A DNA stretch of 63,852 nucleotides, counting the filler, from Gonapodya sp. JEL0774 (taxonomy: Eukaryota), in the NCBI GenBank assembly GCA_027604505.1. It is 9 parts of 9 records of this genome, joined end to end, with 100 filler letters (N's around TTAATTAATTAA, not from the genome) between each part and the next. Parts side by side here need not be neighbours in the genome. Positions count along the whole stretch, not along the records: positions 21,441 to 28,462 come from JADIIX010000541.1; positions 28,563 to 35,558 come from JADIIX010000542.1; positions 35,659 to 42,653 come from JADIIX010000543.1; 6 more parts are not named here. The stretch is one strand, 5' to 3'. The position numbers and the translations under genes are program-made. This document shows, piece after piece, positions 25,010 to 36,427 of the stretch. Under the pieces are notes generated by a model, which was given only the letters and a program-made list of their open reading frames with translations, ran no database searches and had not been told where the DNA came from. Position 1 is the stretch's first letter; each line of letters starts with the position of its first letter.

Positions 25010-27363
25010 ATGACTCCGACCGATGACCTCCCAATCGCACAACCAGCAATCGGGAACTGCTCGTTGTGTGTACTTTTGGTTAAACTCCTTGATTGCTGTC
25101 GGATTGACTTGTTTACCAGCGAGCTTTACACCCTCGAAGAACATGTCTCATCTTGTTCACTTTCTACGTGCTTCTCTTCGTCATATCAATATCTCTCCTT
25201 CTAGCGTTTCGCAATTCCTATGAGATGCAATGCCGAGGCAAACCATTGCTGTTACTCAACACCGCAGCAGGGGGCCTCACGGTTTTCGTTTGGGTAGTTG
25301 GATGTTTGTATCAATGGTTGTTTTCAGTGATTGATAGCGATAAATGTCTTATCACACCCTTCTTCGAACAGTTGACATGCGACAATTCGATTGCCGAACG
25401 GTTCACGTTACCGGGCAATTTGTAAACTTTGTTTGTAAGCTCGTTTCACTCTTACTGTAGTTTTGGATATTGCTCATATCTTATTATTTTTTTGAGTCAG
25501 ATATCTTCTCAACAGTGGGTCGCGCTGGTACGTTTTGTCTGGTACAACTTGCACACGAGCAGTCGCGATAACGACTTCTCTGTACTCCTAAAGCAACTCT
25601 AGCGATTCGCTTGTGGGAAGGAAGTCGCCAAATACGACGAACAAAGTTCTCCGAATTGGCAAGTGGTCCACAATATGAGGAGACACCTCATCTTGACAAT
25701 GTACAGCAGGAGGAATCCACCTCGCGGATGCGCTTTATTGAATTGCTGCTCAATTCTAAAGCTCTTTTGAAGGAGCGTAACATCTTTGTTGGGATTGTTG
25801 GGAGCTCTGTCGTTTATGTCGGTGTTTTACGTAAGTTCCAAAATCGTCAGGGCGTTTCCTTCAGAGACTGACAAACGGGGACGCTGCAAGTTTTGATTTC
25901 ATTTCAGACAACTTCAGGTCGTGAAGTCAAGGACAGTGCGTGCAATGTGATCAGTGTGGTGAGTGTGATTAGAAACGCGATACCAACATTCATTTCTTCA
26001 TTTCTTTTCGTGCTGTGGCTCAGATCTGGATTCCGAATGATTTGTCATGTGCTGCCTTTGTTTTCTTCTTGGCATTATTTGCCTGGGTGTTGTACGACGT
26101 GAATGGTGCGTTTTGCGAACGAGAAAAGAAACCTTTTGACGATAGCTTGACATAAACTTTTTGCAAAAGATTCCCACATGATTCGGCTGGATCTCCTTCT
26201 TTCGGTGAGGAGAAGTGTTAGATAACTCAGGGATCTGCTGTGATTTGACACCCATAACTGCTCAGAATCTCATCGGCTCACCTGCAATATTGGGTGTTTA
26301 TGTCTGGTGGTCAGGCATCGTTCCCGGAGCCGTCCTCGCGGCATTTCCAATCTCTAATTTCTTCACGTGCTACATGATACTGGTTCTCATTTTCGCTGTA
26401 ACAATCCCGGTTTCACAAGTTGCGTGGACTTCGATTAGAGACAGCTTCAAGCGTTCCAGGGGCGTTGCTCAAGATGCCGAAGAATTGAATATGATGACCG
26501 ATCTTCAAAACATCTTTCATGACAAGCACCGATTTGAGAAATTAAAGCAGTTTGCCGTCAAGGAGTTCTGTGTTGAGGTTAGGTTGTTAATCGCTATTTG
26601 ATTTTACTTTTGGCTGAACAGGCTCAACATGATTATGCTTGACAGCTTGTGGTGAGATATATTTTAGTGCTGCATTTTGTTGATCGATCTTTGCTCAGTG
26701 GTCGACAAAAGCTCTTCTTAGAAGCTCATAACAAGTTCATTCATGATGCGGTACGGCGAGAGCCCGGCATAATAGTCACATCAGAATCATGTGGGTATTT
26801 TCTCGGTTTTAAAGGTTTGATTATGCACGGTTGTGCTTTCAAGCAAGGTGTGAGAAATCGCGAACTCTCTTGAAAGCCACCCCATCCCTCCCAAAAAATC
26901 GCTCCCACTCGATGACAGCAGCCTCCCTATTGTTGCGCCCTATATGGACAGAGTATGATAAACGGCGCCGGAATTCTCTCCGGCCGCAATGGCAGAACGG
27001 CTCTTCTGTTTTGCTTCCAAGCATTAGATCAGTTGACACGATCTCAGACTGCGAGCGGATCGTCTCCGAGTTCATTGCGGAGGGAGCACCCAACGAGTTG
27101 AACATATCTTTTGAGACCCGAAACACGATCGTGGCGAAAGTAAGTTGCGCGAGATGGCCCGATGTCGATTGAGCCTAATATCTCCTTGTCTGAAGGTAGA
27201 ATCAAAGCAATTCTCTATTGACGTACTCGATGACGTTCGGGGAGAGATGATCACCTTGGTGTTTGAGAATGTTTGGTCAAAATTCCTCCGGACATTGAAG
27301 GCGAAAAAGTCGGGGATACAACATGGCGTGACAGTAGCTCGTTCAGCACTAATGACAAGTTAG
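25010..27363 (+). CDS. 7TM-RGS receptor, paralog 2 (tandem duplicate; alternative in-frame ATG at 24941)
   Basis: Co-linear with paralog 1 with matching intron positions: MTPTDDLPIAQPAIGNCSL, FEKLKQFAVKEFCVE, IVSEFIAEGAPNELNI, DDVRGEMITLVFENVWSKFL. Confidence 0.85.
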
Positions 27364-27612
27364 CACAACAATTGACATCGATGACATACGCAAGCTCCTA
27401 AGTTTTTGGGACGGCGGACGAATGGATAGCTATGCAAGACACATTTGTGCTGTACCAGCGGTCAACGAGGACCATCATATTTGACGTGCATGTACATATT
27501 CACAATGGCAAAACACTCTTCTGCATTCCACGAAACTGGCAACAAACATTAACCAATCCGCTCACAATCATTTGCGGCCGAAACGAGGAGCCATCGAGCG
27601 CGAGGAACTCAA

Positions 27613-28462
27613 TCAATCCTCGCTCTCCATTTGCGCTCTTGACGCCACCATGGTTCCTGCACCGAGGGTCCTTGGCGGCTCGTCAACAGCGTCTACCGCA
27701 CCGCGGGCGAGAAAGAGTTTGATTTCAGGAGGCGATCTGTCCAGTTTTACTTGGATCCGAACAGAAACCCGTGAAAATACATTGATTTGCTGCGAGATTG
27801 TTGACAATTCACTGGATGCCACAGCTTCCTCTGCAACTCGAGGGCTCAAGCCGTTTGGAACGCCTTGCGTGCCAATCGAAGGACGATTGTCTGACATCAG
27901 ATTCACAGATTCGCGCCCAATCCGCATTTCGTCTGGAGACTCATCCGCAGGAGGCAGTTTTGCGAGAGTGGTTGATTTCGGTTTCCTAATGGTGCGGACA
28001 TACTTCTGTTCCCGTTCAGATTCTTCGCTGGATCTATTGATTGCCGCCTGCGGCATTCCACCCTCGTTGTCAGATATTTCCGAGAACTCTGATTCCCCAG
28101 CGTCTTGTGCTGTATCGAAAACTAAATCCTCAAACTCGTCCTGATCACCGATTTCAGAAGCACCAACATTAGTCTCTACCCCAACAGAAATGGGTGCTAC
28201 GTCAACTAGCGCTGTATTGCTTTGGTCATGGATTACCGGCGACCCACTGACTCGCTTCCATTGAATCATGAGGCGGAGCTTCTCGGCATCCCAATGAGAC
28301 CCTGCTACGGTCCCTTCATCGATAAGGTCCTCCACCCAAACCTGCGTCGCGAAGACAGTGAATAGAAGAGTTTCCAAGATTGCTGGTTTGAAACTACTCA
28401 CCCTCTTTTCAATGCCATACTTTCGAACGACAACGTCAAAGCTCCTCTCTTGAACACCCACG
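27613..28462 (-). CDS. Hypothetical protein, 5'-truncated
   Basis: 282-codon ORF running from the contig edge. No recognisable domain. Confidence 0.55.
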
Positions 28463-28562
28463 NNNNNNNNNNNNNNNNNNNNNNNNNNNNNNNNNNNNNN
28501 NNNNNNTTAATTAATTAANNNNNNNNNNNNNNNNNNNNNNNNNNNNNNNNNNNNNNNNNNNN
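28463..28562. other. Artificial contig-joining spacer
   Basis: N44-TTAATTAATTAA-N44. Confidence 0.98.
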
Positions 28563-28873
28563 ACTGTAGCGTATTCGCCCCGCCTTTTCATGCGCTCGAA
28601 CACCGCCCGTTCAGCCAGTGCCTTCCAGTCACGAGAAACCCGCCTGAACTTGTACAGAGTCGACACGTGCGGCACACGCGCAAGCACGGCGATGATGAGC
28701 TCAGACGGAAGGTTGCCCGGTGAGTTTATTTCTCTGCGGGAGTTGAAACAGGCAGCTTCGACTCTGGATGCGGGGTTGGCGTGGACATCCTGAAGCATCT
28801 CCGAAGGCGGCAACGTCGAGAAAATGCTATCGTAGATCGAGTGTTCATCACGAGACACAGAAGGAGCTTTCAT
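28563..28873 (-). CDS. F-box protein, 3'-truncated
   Basis: NLPSELIIAVLARVPHVSTLYKFRRVSRDWKALAE fits the F-box consensus LPxE..I...L...VS+xW. Confidence 0.75.
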
Positions 28874-29659
28874 AGCGGCGCGGGCTGTTCCTTCAACAGT
28901 GTCGCCGGATTTAAAGCATGGGGCAGTGTGTTCGGCTGAAATGACTTGGTAGCTTGAGGCGATGATCACGGATCACGTGGTGGGATGGCTGAACTTAGCA
29001 TTCTCCCGACACCGACATATTATTTAGGTTTTGAACAGAAATATGAAGTGCGGTTGACGACCGTCTCGATTTTGCGACCTCGAAATGGATGCGGGAAGGA
29101 GAGTCTCGGCATTCGCTCTCGTCCCCCGTCTGAAAGTAAATATGGACGATCACAAGCATTGCCTATCCACACCAAAGTTTACCCTCTGGGTGGAGAGGGA
29201 GCAAAGACATGAGAGCAGAGAGCCTGGCTGCGTGGGCACTTAGTACGCCGGCGTAACCAGCTTGTTTACGAACTATCTTGCAAAGCTCACAGAGTGCACA
29301 TTACAGGTCTGGGCTAGATTCTGGCAGCGTTCCAGCTCTCATTGCGTCCCATTTCAGTTTAGTAAACGCACCTCAAGTCTCATCACACCCCCCATTGAGT
29401 ACGGACACTGACGATAATAGGCAGAGACTACACCTCCTGTAACGCAAACCAAGGCCTCTCTCTCAGCACAGTGCTGCCATGGACAATCAGTCACAAGCCA
29501 AATCCAGATGTTGTTTCGGGCAAACTGTTTACGCGGTTGCATGGCTCCGCCACCTCACTCGAATTCTCGCACCGATACGGTCGAACACAGACTCACGAAT
29601 GACAGACAAGGACGGTTTCAGTTAACGTCAAGCCATATCTCTGTAACGCTTACGAGAGC

Positions 29660-32152
29660 ATGAGTGCTTTGGAGCTACCGTATCCTTCAATGGCGTTAGG
29701 CGAGGATATATCTGATACAGACGGGGTTCCGCCGCAATCGACAAACCCGGCCGGTAGAGTCACAGTTTCCTCCAAGAGGTTTGCCTCTGCGCCTGTTGTG
29801 ATTGGCCACTCCTCATTGAATGATTACAACGGACGAGTCGAGGCCGAAAGTGCGGGTAGCAAAGAGCCGATCCCGATCACATCGATCAGCAGCCGTGCTT
29901 CAACAGACTGGAAACAGCTTGGAAAGCGCGCAGCGCTTATTGGCAAGTGCATCGATGTGAACTACAACAGTTGACTCATCTCCATCTGACATCATCCCCG
30001 ATCCTCGAAACGTCCTCCCACCTCTTTATCACCACCAAACCCAACAAGGCCGAGGCTTACACCACGATTTCGCTAACTCAGATCAGTACATGATTCTCCT
30101 TCAAGATCAGTGGCTCGAATGTGCCGACCCAAAACATCGTTATGGTTCGTTGACGTACTATTCGGTGCCAAGAGAGATCTCGATGAAAATAACGTCATTT
30201 CTCGCCACAGGTCCGAATCTCCGCCACTATCACCAACACTGGCTCACGCTACCACCCACTTCCACTCGAGCCAACCGTGACTTCTGGTTCTGGCTTGATG
30301 AAGGGGAGGAAAGACCGTGTCCCTCGCCGAATGTCCCCGCGCTCAGTTAGAAACCAAGACTGTGAAATACTTGCAGGAAGATGACCGTGCAGAGTTTGAA
30401 GTATGTATTCCACTATACTTATTGCTCTCCTCGTCCGCTGTCGTACTAACAAGGGTACCAACCGATTGGAGGTTCTTGTCGATCAAGACGGTCTATTCCG
30501 ATGGCGGACCACGCGAGACTTGGTGGACACGACCGCCTCTGCTCTTCAAACTAATGCCGATATCTTGGAGTACCTTCACTCACGCACAAACCAGGCGTTA
30601 GCATCGGGTGAATACGATTCAGCGGATAATAAGTGTCCCCATTCCAAAGACTCACTAACGAACTCCTCGGGATACTCATATTATCGTCGCACTTTGTCTG
30701 CTCGGTCCCACTCGGTGGGATCAAGCAGATACCAATAAGCGCAGCACTGCCCGAACCATACAAAAAGTAGTGGAAGCTTTCAAGACCGCCAAGCGAAGTT
30801 TCAAGAACAACTCTGAAGAGCACGACTCTATCCCGAACTTGGCTCCGTCTTCCTCAGCGCCTCCGAAACTCCCGACATCGCCACTAATTCTCGTGGGAAC
30901 CCAAACCCACCTCAATGGTGATCCTAACATCGTCATTCCACCTTCTGCACCACCCTCAAGCACACACACCAATCGAGAACCCGACCTCTCCCCCACGTCG
31001 GCCACGTCAGTCAGTCGTCGTCTTTCAGCGTCAGTGCTGGTTTCTCGGTTGGCCGCTGCGACCCCAAAACCTGCCGACGGTGGTGGGGATGGGGATCACG
31101 AATCTTCTCGATCGACTCCGGTAGTCACGCAGGGCAATGTGACCGTGAGTATGCATCCACGCAACAGAGCTCAGTAAATATGTCCGGCAGCTGAGGGAAC
31201 ACACCGTGAAATGACTGACCTCAACCAAAAACGTGCAGATATCAGTACCCCTACCTTCGGATGGACTGTCAGCGACGGCAACTACCGATTCTTATGAACC
31301 TGCGACCGTACCGCCTCACCGAGACGAGACTTTGGAGGTCCCGGTAACTTTGTCTCCTCAAACCCCGGACCGAAAATCGAATCCGAGCTCTGACGGTCTT
31401 CTCCATACACCACTTGTACCGGTGCTTCCCCTTGGAGCTAACGTTCCTTTACGTCAAAACGCCATGGTCGCCGCCACCCTTCCTGGCGCTGAAGTAGCTC
31501 TTTTTGATCAGACAACTATTCCTCCTTTTGAGGACTCCTCCCGGCGCAACGCCATGAAGATGAGCAAGCAAGAACGCAAGCAGCACAAAACACCGTGGAT
31601 GTATGTTATGGAGTGAGTACCGTCTGGAGTTGCTAGGCGTTGTTCAGGTGACGCCGAACGTGTTAGCCGTACATTCGAAGTCGCAGATCGTTATTGACGG
31701 TGTAACCTGGTCGGTGTCACATTCCGAAACAGTATTGAGGGGAGAATATTCATTGCAATGAAGGAGAAGGGGGTGAGTTTAATGTAGTCCAGTGTTAAAC
31801 CCACCCTCAATTCAAAGTCTCTCTCGTCGGGATTGCCATAACGTCGCCTCTAGTCCTACCATCACTCTAGTCTCGCTCAAGGTGGCGCTCTCCGCGCTGC
31901 GGGTGGCTTAATAATCGAGGAAGGTCGCTTGGTGGTGCGTGTCACTCGAAAACTGTCCTACCTACAAGAGTGCATTACCGGCGAGCTCACCGAATCGTTT
32001 CTACCTTGACATGTACCGTGCGTACTTAGAAAATCACTCCGTTGTCAGGCCACTACCGTCCGGCGCCGGCTGCTTTCGAAGTCGCCCTGAGGCACCTAAA
32101 AAGTCTGGGTGTGAATATGGACAACGTAGAAGTGGTGAATCCTTTTGCATAA
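29660..32152 (+). CDS. IQM-family protein (plant IQM1-6-like), multi-exon, with an apparent 1-nt frameshift near 30308
   Basis: QWLECADPKHRYG, FWFWLDEG, ECPRAQLE..VKYL, WMYVM, HHSSLAQGGALRAAGGLIIEEGRL and ITPLSGHYRP match IQM-family blocks. Confidence 0.8.
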
Positions 32153-32252
32153 TCATGTAGATATTCATGCACAATGCGGTTTGAGAATTGAGCTGGGTCA
32201 ACAAACCAAGACGCGGTCGACTCCGTCTCACCACAATTCAACAGTTTCGGAC

Positions 32253-33534
32253 ATGGGAAACACGTCCTCTGCTCTCGATGATCTTGCTAGCAACACGAAC
32301 TGTGAGTCTCGTTCTGGCAGTCAGGGGAGGTCCAGCGGGTATCTGCGGAGCCATACAAGCAAACTGCAAGTGGTGTCATCATGATCGAACAGGACTTACG
32401 GAGGTGAAGGCAGCCAGCACCTCTCATCGGGAAAAAATATTGCGGATTTCATGGTCTAACTCCGTCCCTGACCTTGTGGGTCTCCCGAAACGTTCCTGGT
32501 GATTGTGCTTGTTATGTCAATTCTGCTGCTGCAGTTTGGGCTATGGAGTTCAATCGTAGTCGAGGAATGGAGCTAAGGACGCGCTGGACAGAAGAGTGAA
32601 TCCAGTATGGAGGCAGCGAAATTTCGAGCTCTATGAACACCGGTCGTGCCGGAGTGGGATCCGCGCACTATCCCCGCCTTATTCTCTGCCGCCAACTGTA
32701 GCGCGGTTTTCACATTTCTCTTTACACTTCACACTGCCGGCGATGGATGATCTTAGTCACTCCCGAGGAAATCCAGCGGCTGTACAAGCGCTTCATGAAA
32801 CTGGACAAGGACGGTGATGGCGCCATTGACAGGGAAGAGTTCCTATCACTTCCTCAGATTGCCAACAATCCCTTGGCCCACCGAATGATTGCCATTTTCG
32901 ACGAGGATGGTGGCGGGGATGTCGACTTTAAGGAGTTTATTTCTGCGCTGAGCACGTTCACGGTGAAGGGGAACAAGGAGGAGAAGCTCAAATGTGAGGC
33001 ACATTCAGGTTGTTTTATGATACGCGAATGTTTTAGACCTCAAAAGGGTGTTTCTGTTTCCGTATTTGGATCACATTCCGCGTTGTGCCATGGCATTTTC
33101 GGATGGGCTGACTTGGGCACCGTCTCCCACAAACCACATGGCACAACGTGTTCTGCGCACTTGCAATCGGACATTGGCTTCTATCAATTGTTGAATCTTT
33201 CCGTTGCTGTCAGTCGCCTTCAAAGTGTACGACATGGATCGAGACGGTTACATTTCTAACGGCGAGCTCTTCCTGGTCCTGAAAATGATGGTCGGTAACA
33301 ACCTGAAGGATCAACAACTGCAGCAAATAGTCGATAAGACTATTATGGAGTCTGACCTGGACGGCGACGGGAAAATTTCGTTTGAGGAGTTTGCTAAGGT
33401 TGGATTCTCGCGAAGTCATTGCATTTTGTTCCACTAACCCAGGTCTTTATTCTCACTTCAACACCCTCATGTACTAGACTGTGGAAAACACGAACATTGT
33501 TGGACAGATGACACTGGAGAGCGGGAAGTTCTAG
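32253..33534 (+). CDS. CNB1: Calcineurin regulatory subunit B (4 exons)
   Basis: MGNTSS myristoylation start. [85 protein letters not shown] gives four EF-hands. Confidence 0.97.
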
Positions 33535-33998
33535 GGATTCTCGGCAACTCGTGTAGCATGATGGTCTCATTAGCGTGTACTACTACATTGTCATATGCCT
33601 CTGTTAGTTCTTGATGGCACGTTCGATGGTCGTGTTGTGGGAAAGCCGGCTCTGGTGACACGTTCGCAAAGAAGTAATTGCTCAGCTGCTTACGAAAACC
33701 TTCCCGATCCAAAGAGACGTCGACTGGTCCCTCGACGCTACAGGATTCCAATCTCTTCAAAAGGTATTCGATCTCGTCCTGCGGAATGGTATTGTAGAAC
33801 TGCCAGTAACCCGATAATTCGAACTTATTTCTACTGGACGAATCGCATCACCACTTCCACCAAACCGTAACGGCCCATTCCGCAACTGCTATCACAATCA
33901 CAGTTTCAGTTAACCCACAGTCAATCAAGACAGTGTCCGGTGGCAGTTCAGATCTCACATCAACGAATTCGAACACTTTCGAAAAAAATTGCCTTGCT

Positions 33999-34415
33999 AT
34001 GACCGACGTCCAGCAAGTCTCCGACAAAGACACTGTCCTTTTTCTTGACAAGGATGCCAACCGGGCTGCTGTGGAGGACCGTGAACGGAAATCTTCTGCA
34101 TCACAGAGTGCTGTGAATCCCGAGACAGGGGAAATCAACTGGGACTGTCCATGTCTCGGTGACATGGTGAAGCCGCCTTGTGGAGATACCTTCAAAGTTG
34201 CCTTTGCGTGCTTTGTGCGTAGTACGACGGAACCGAAGGGTATGGACTGTGTCGATGCGTTCCGCGAGATGCAAAGCTGCTTCAAGCAGTATCCGGAAAT
34301 ATATGGGCGGGATGCCGACGAGGAAGATGAAGACGATGGCGAGGAATCTGAAGATGTAGATTTGAACAATGTAGATTCAGGCGTCCAGCAGGAACGGGCA
34401 ACGGGTTCGGCATGA
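33999..34415 (+). CDS. MIA40: Mitochondrial intermembrane-space oxidoreductase Mia40/CHCHD4, short soluble type
   Basis: NPETGEINWDCPCLG catalytic CPC, twin CX9C (CGDTFKVAFAC, CVDAFREMQSC) and an acidic tail. Confidence 0.95.
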   Translation: MTDVQQVSDKDTVLFLDKDANRAAVEDRERKSSASQSAVNPETGEINWDCPCLGDMVKPPCGDTFKVAFACFVRSTTEPKGMDCVDAFREMQSCFKQYPEIYGRDADEEDEDDGEESEDVDLNNVDSGVQQERATGSA

Positions 34416-34808
34416 TTGGCCGAGGATATGATATTCGTCGAGGGAAGAAACCATGCATATAGATAAAACTATTCATCGCGGAACCTTCATTTTCTCTCTC
34501 GCACATACTATGTGCTTGAACATAGAAGTGATGAGCAGGATCGTGAATGAAACGGGTGAGGGGAAAATTGCGCAAGAAAGATTTGCCATTCCTCTCCGCA
34601 TTCCGCTTTCGACACATCCCCACTGGCGCATCTCTTCGGTCATCTGTTCAACGGCCGAACATACGCTTGTTTGATCCGACGATCCCCGATTGGCACGTCT
34701 TTACCAAGTCTTCGACAGCTCCCGATTCCTTTCTCAACTTTCGGACATCGATTGCCGATCCACCCGCACTTCTCGACTTCGAATACCGTATCTGCGAATC
34801 GCTCGCAC

Positions 34809-35558
34809 ATGTCGTGGTCGAATCTCACAAATTTCTTTGGGGGCAATGATCTACACAGGTAAGTACGAGGAAAATATGATGCCTGAGATCCTTTCCTACT
34901 CCATCCCCATCTTCCGCTACTAGACTTTCTGACAAGAGAACGGACAAGCCGTTTATCCAAGGCCTTGCGACTCACGAGTCATCGCGGTATATTGTGCTCA
35001 ATGACCTGAACCCTCTCCTGCGAGTCGCTCCCGATGTTGATGTGAAACGTATTCCACTCAGTGCTCCCGCTGAGATTGCGTTTTTGACATACAAAGAAGT
35101 TGCCACTCTTGTGGATTTGGAGAAGAATTCAAAAGCTCAGTGGGCATTCCTTGGGCTGGACGAAGCAGACACCGTTTCGGAAGTCAACCAGGGACGCGCC
35201 TACTTTGCGATCGAGCTACAAACACTGGACGGCCCCTCTACCCCGGAAGTTGCTGCGTTCTTGTCGTCGCTGCCTACAACCAGCAAATTTCTTCCCATTC
35301 GCCCTCACGCCTTTCGCATACCCCTCCGAGATGCCGCCATATTTGGTACAGGTCGGGCGGTCCTGGAGTGGAACCAGAAGGCACGCTTTTGTCCATCATG
35401 CGGCAGGCCGACAGTGAGTGAAGAGAGTGGATGGAAAAGGATATGCAGAAAGGAGTCGGAGGGGGAGAAGGTTTGTGTTGCGCGGAAGAGTACCCAAAGC
35501 TTCACACACCCGAGGTCAGAACATGAGCATCCATTCCTTTTTCGTAAACGATTTCCGA
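34809..35558 (+). CDS. NPY1: NADH pyrophosphatase NudC/NPY1 family (Nudix), 3'-truncated
   Basis: N-terminal NFFGGNDLHR/LSDKR, and GRAVLEWNQKARFCPSCG..ESGWKRIC..THPR zinc ribbon that precedes the Nudix box in this family. Confidence 0.9.
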
Positions 35559-35658
35559 NNNNNNNNNNNNNNNNNNNNNNNNNNNNNNNNNNNNNNNNNN
35601 NNTTAATTAATTAANNNNNNNNNNNNNNNNNNNNNNNNNNNNNNNNNNNNNNNNNNNN
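35559..35658. other. Artificial contig-joining spacer
   Basis: N44-TTAATTAATTAA-N44. Confidence 0.98.
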
Positions 35659-36427
35659 AGTGTATTCTCCGACTGTACACATGTGCAACATAAGTAAGAT
35701 CGCTCTCCCGACTCTAGTGGAGCAACATACAAGTCGGGTTCAAAGAAACGTAAGGATTCAACCCAAAAGCAGAAAACTCACATCCCAAGAAGCACAATCG
35801 ACAATGAGGTTACTCTCCGTCATTCAATCGGGATCTCCTCAACGACGGCGCGCAAGGAGGCGTGCTTGACGCACCTATGGTAGTGACTGTGACACAGTTC
35901 ATGTTCAAACACACCTCGAGATTTAACACAACCGCAGCAAACTCACCGACCAAGAGGAACCACCGACATTTTGGACCGTTCTATGTAACTCAATGTCTAT
36001 TTTCCTCTACCACTGGCGCTGACACCACCCCAACTTCCCCTGACGCAGAGTCCCGAAAACCGAGGAAATACTCCCATGCTGCGGACCCGAGAAAGAAACA
36101 TGGCAAAGAGAAGAATGACAAAAAAATGAACACCAAAGTGAGTTTGATCCAGAGCCGAGATGGACAAAGTACCCACACATACCCGCGCACACACGACACA
36201 ACGTACAGGGTGACGCTCGTCGCAGAGACCGGCGTTGATGTTGCGCCGGTAAGCCGGTAAGCAATAGGGAGGGTCCAGAGTTTCGTGCAAGCAATATCAT
36301 GCAGAGAGAGGAAGCGGCACACTGAGTAGGTGTTGCACAACCAACTTGAGCCCGTTCAGATTCTCACCCTCCCAGAGGCTTCAACTGTCTTACAGTCCTC
36401 CCTTCGCGTTTCGGACAACTCTTCGCC

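Noticed and set aside
27613..28969. F-box start and the downstream 282-aa ORF forming one gene across the gap
   Set aside because: They lie on different contigs joined by an artificial spacer, so the shared strand is chance.
35659..36340. Small spliced minus-strand gene suggested by GTGAGT donors near 35946 and 35781
   Set aside because: Only a ~25-aa product can be assembled, with no recognisable similarity.
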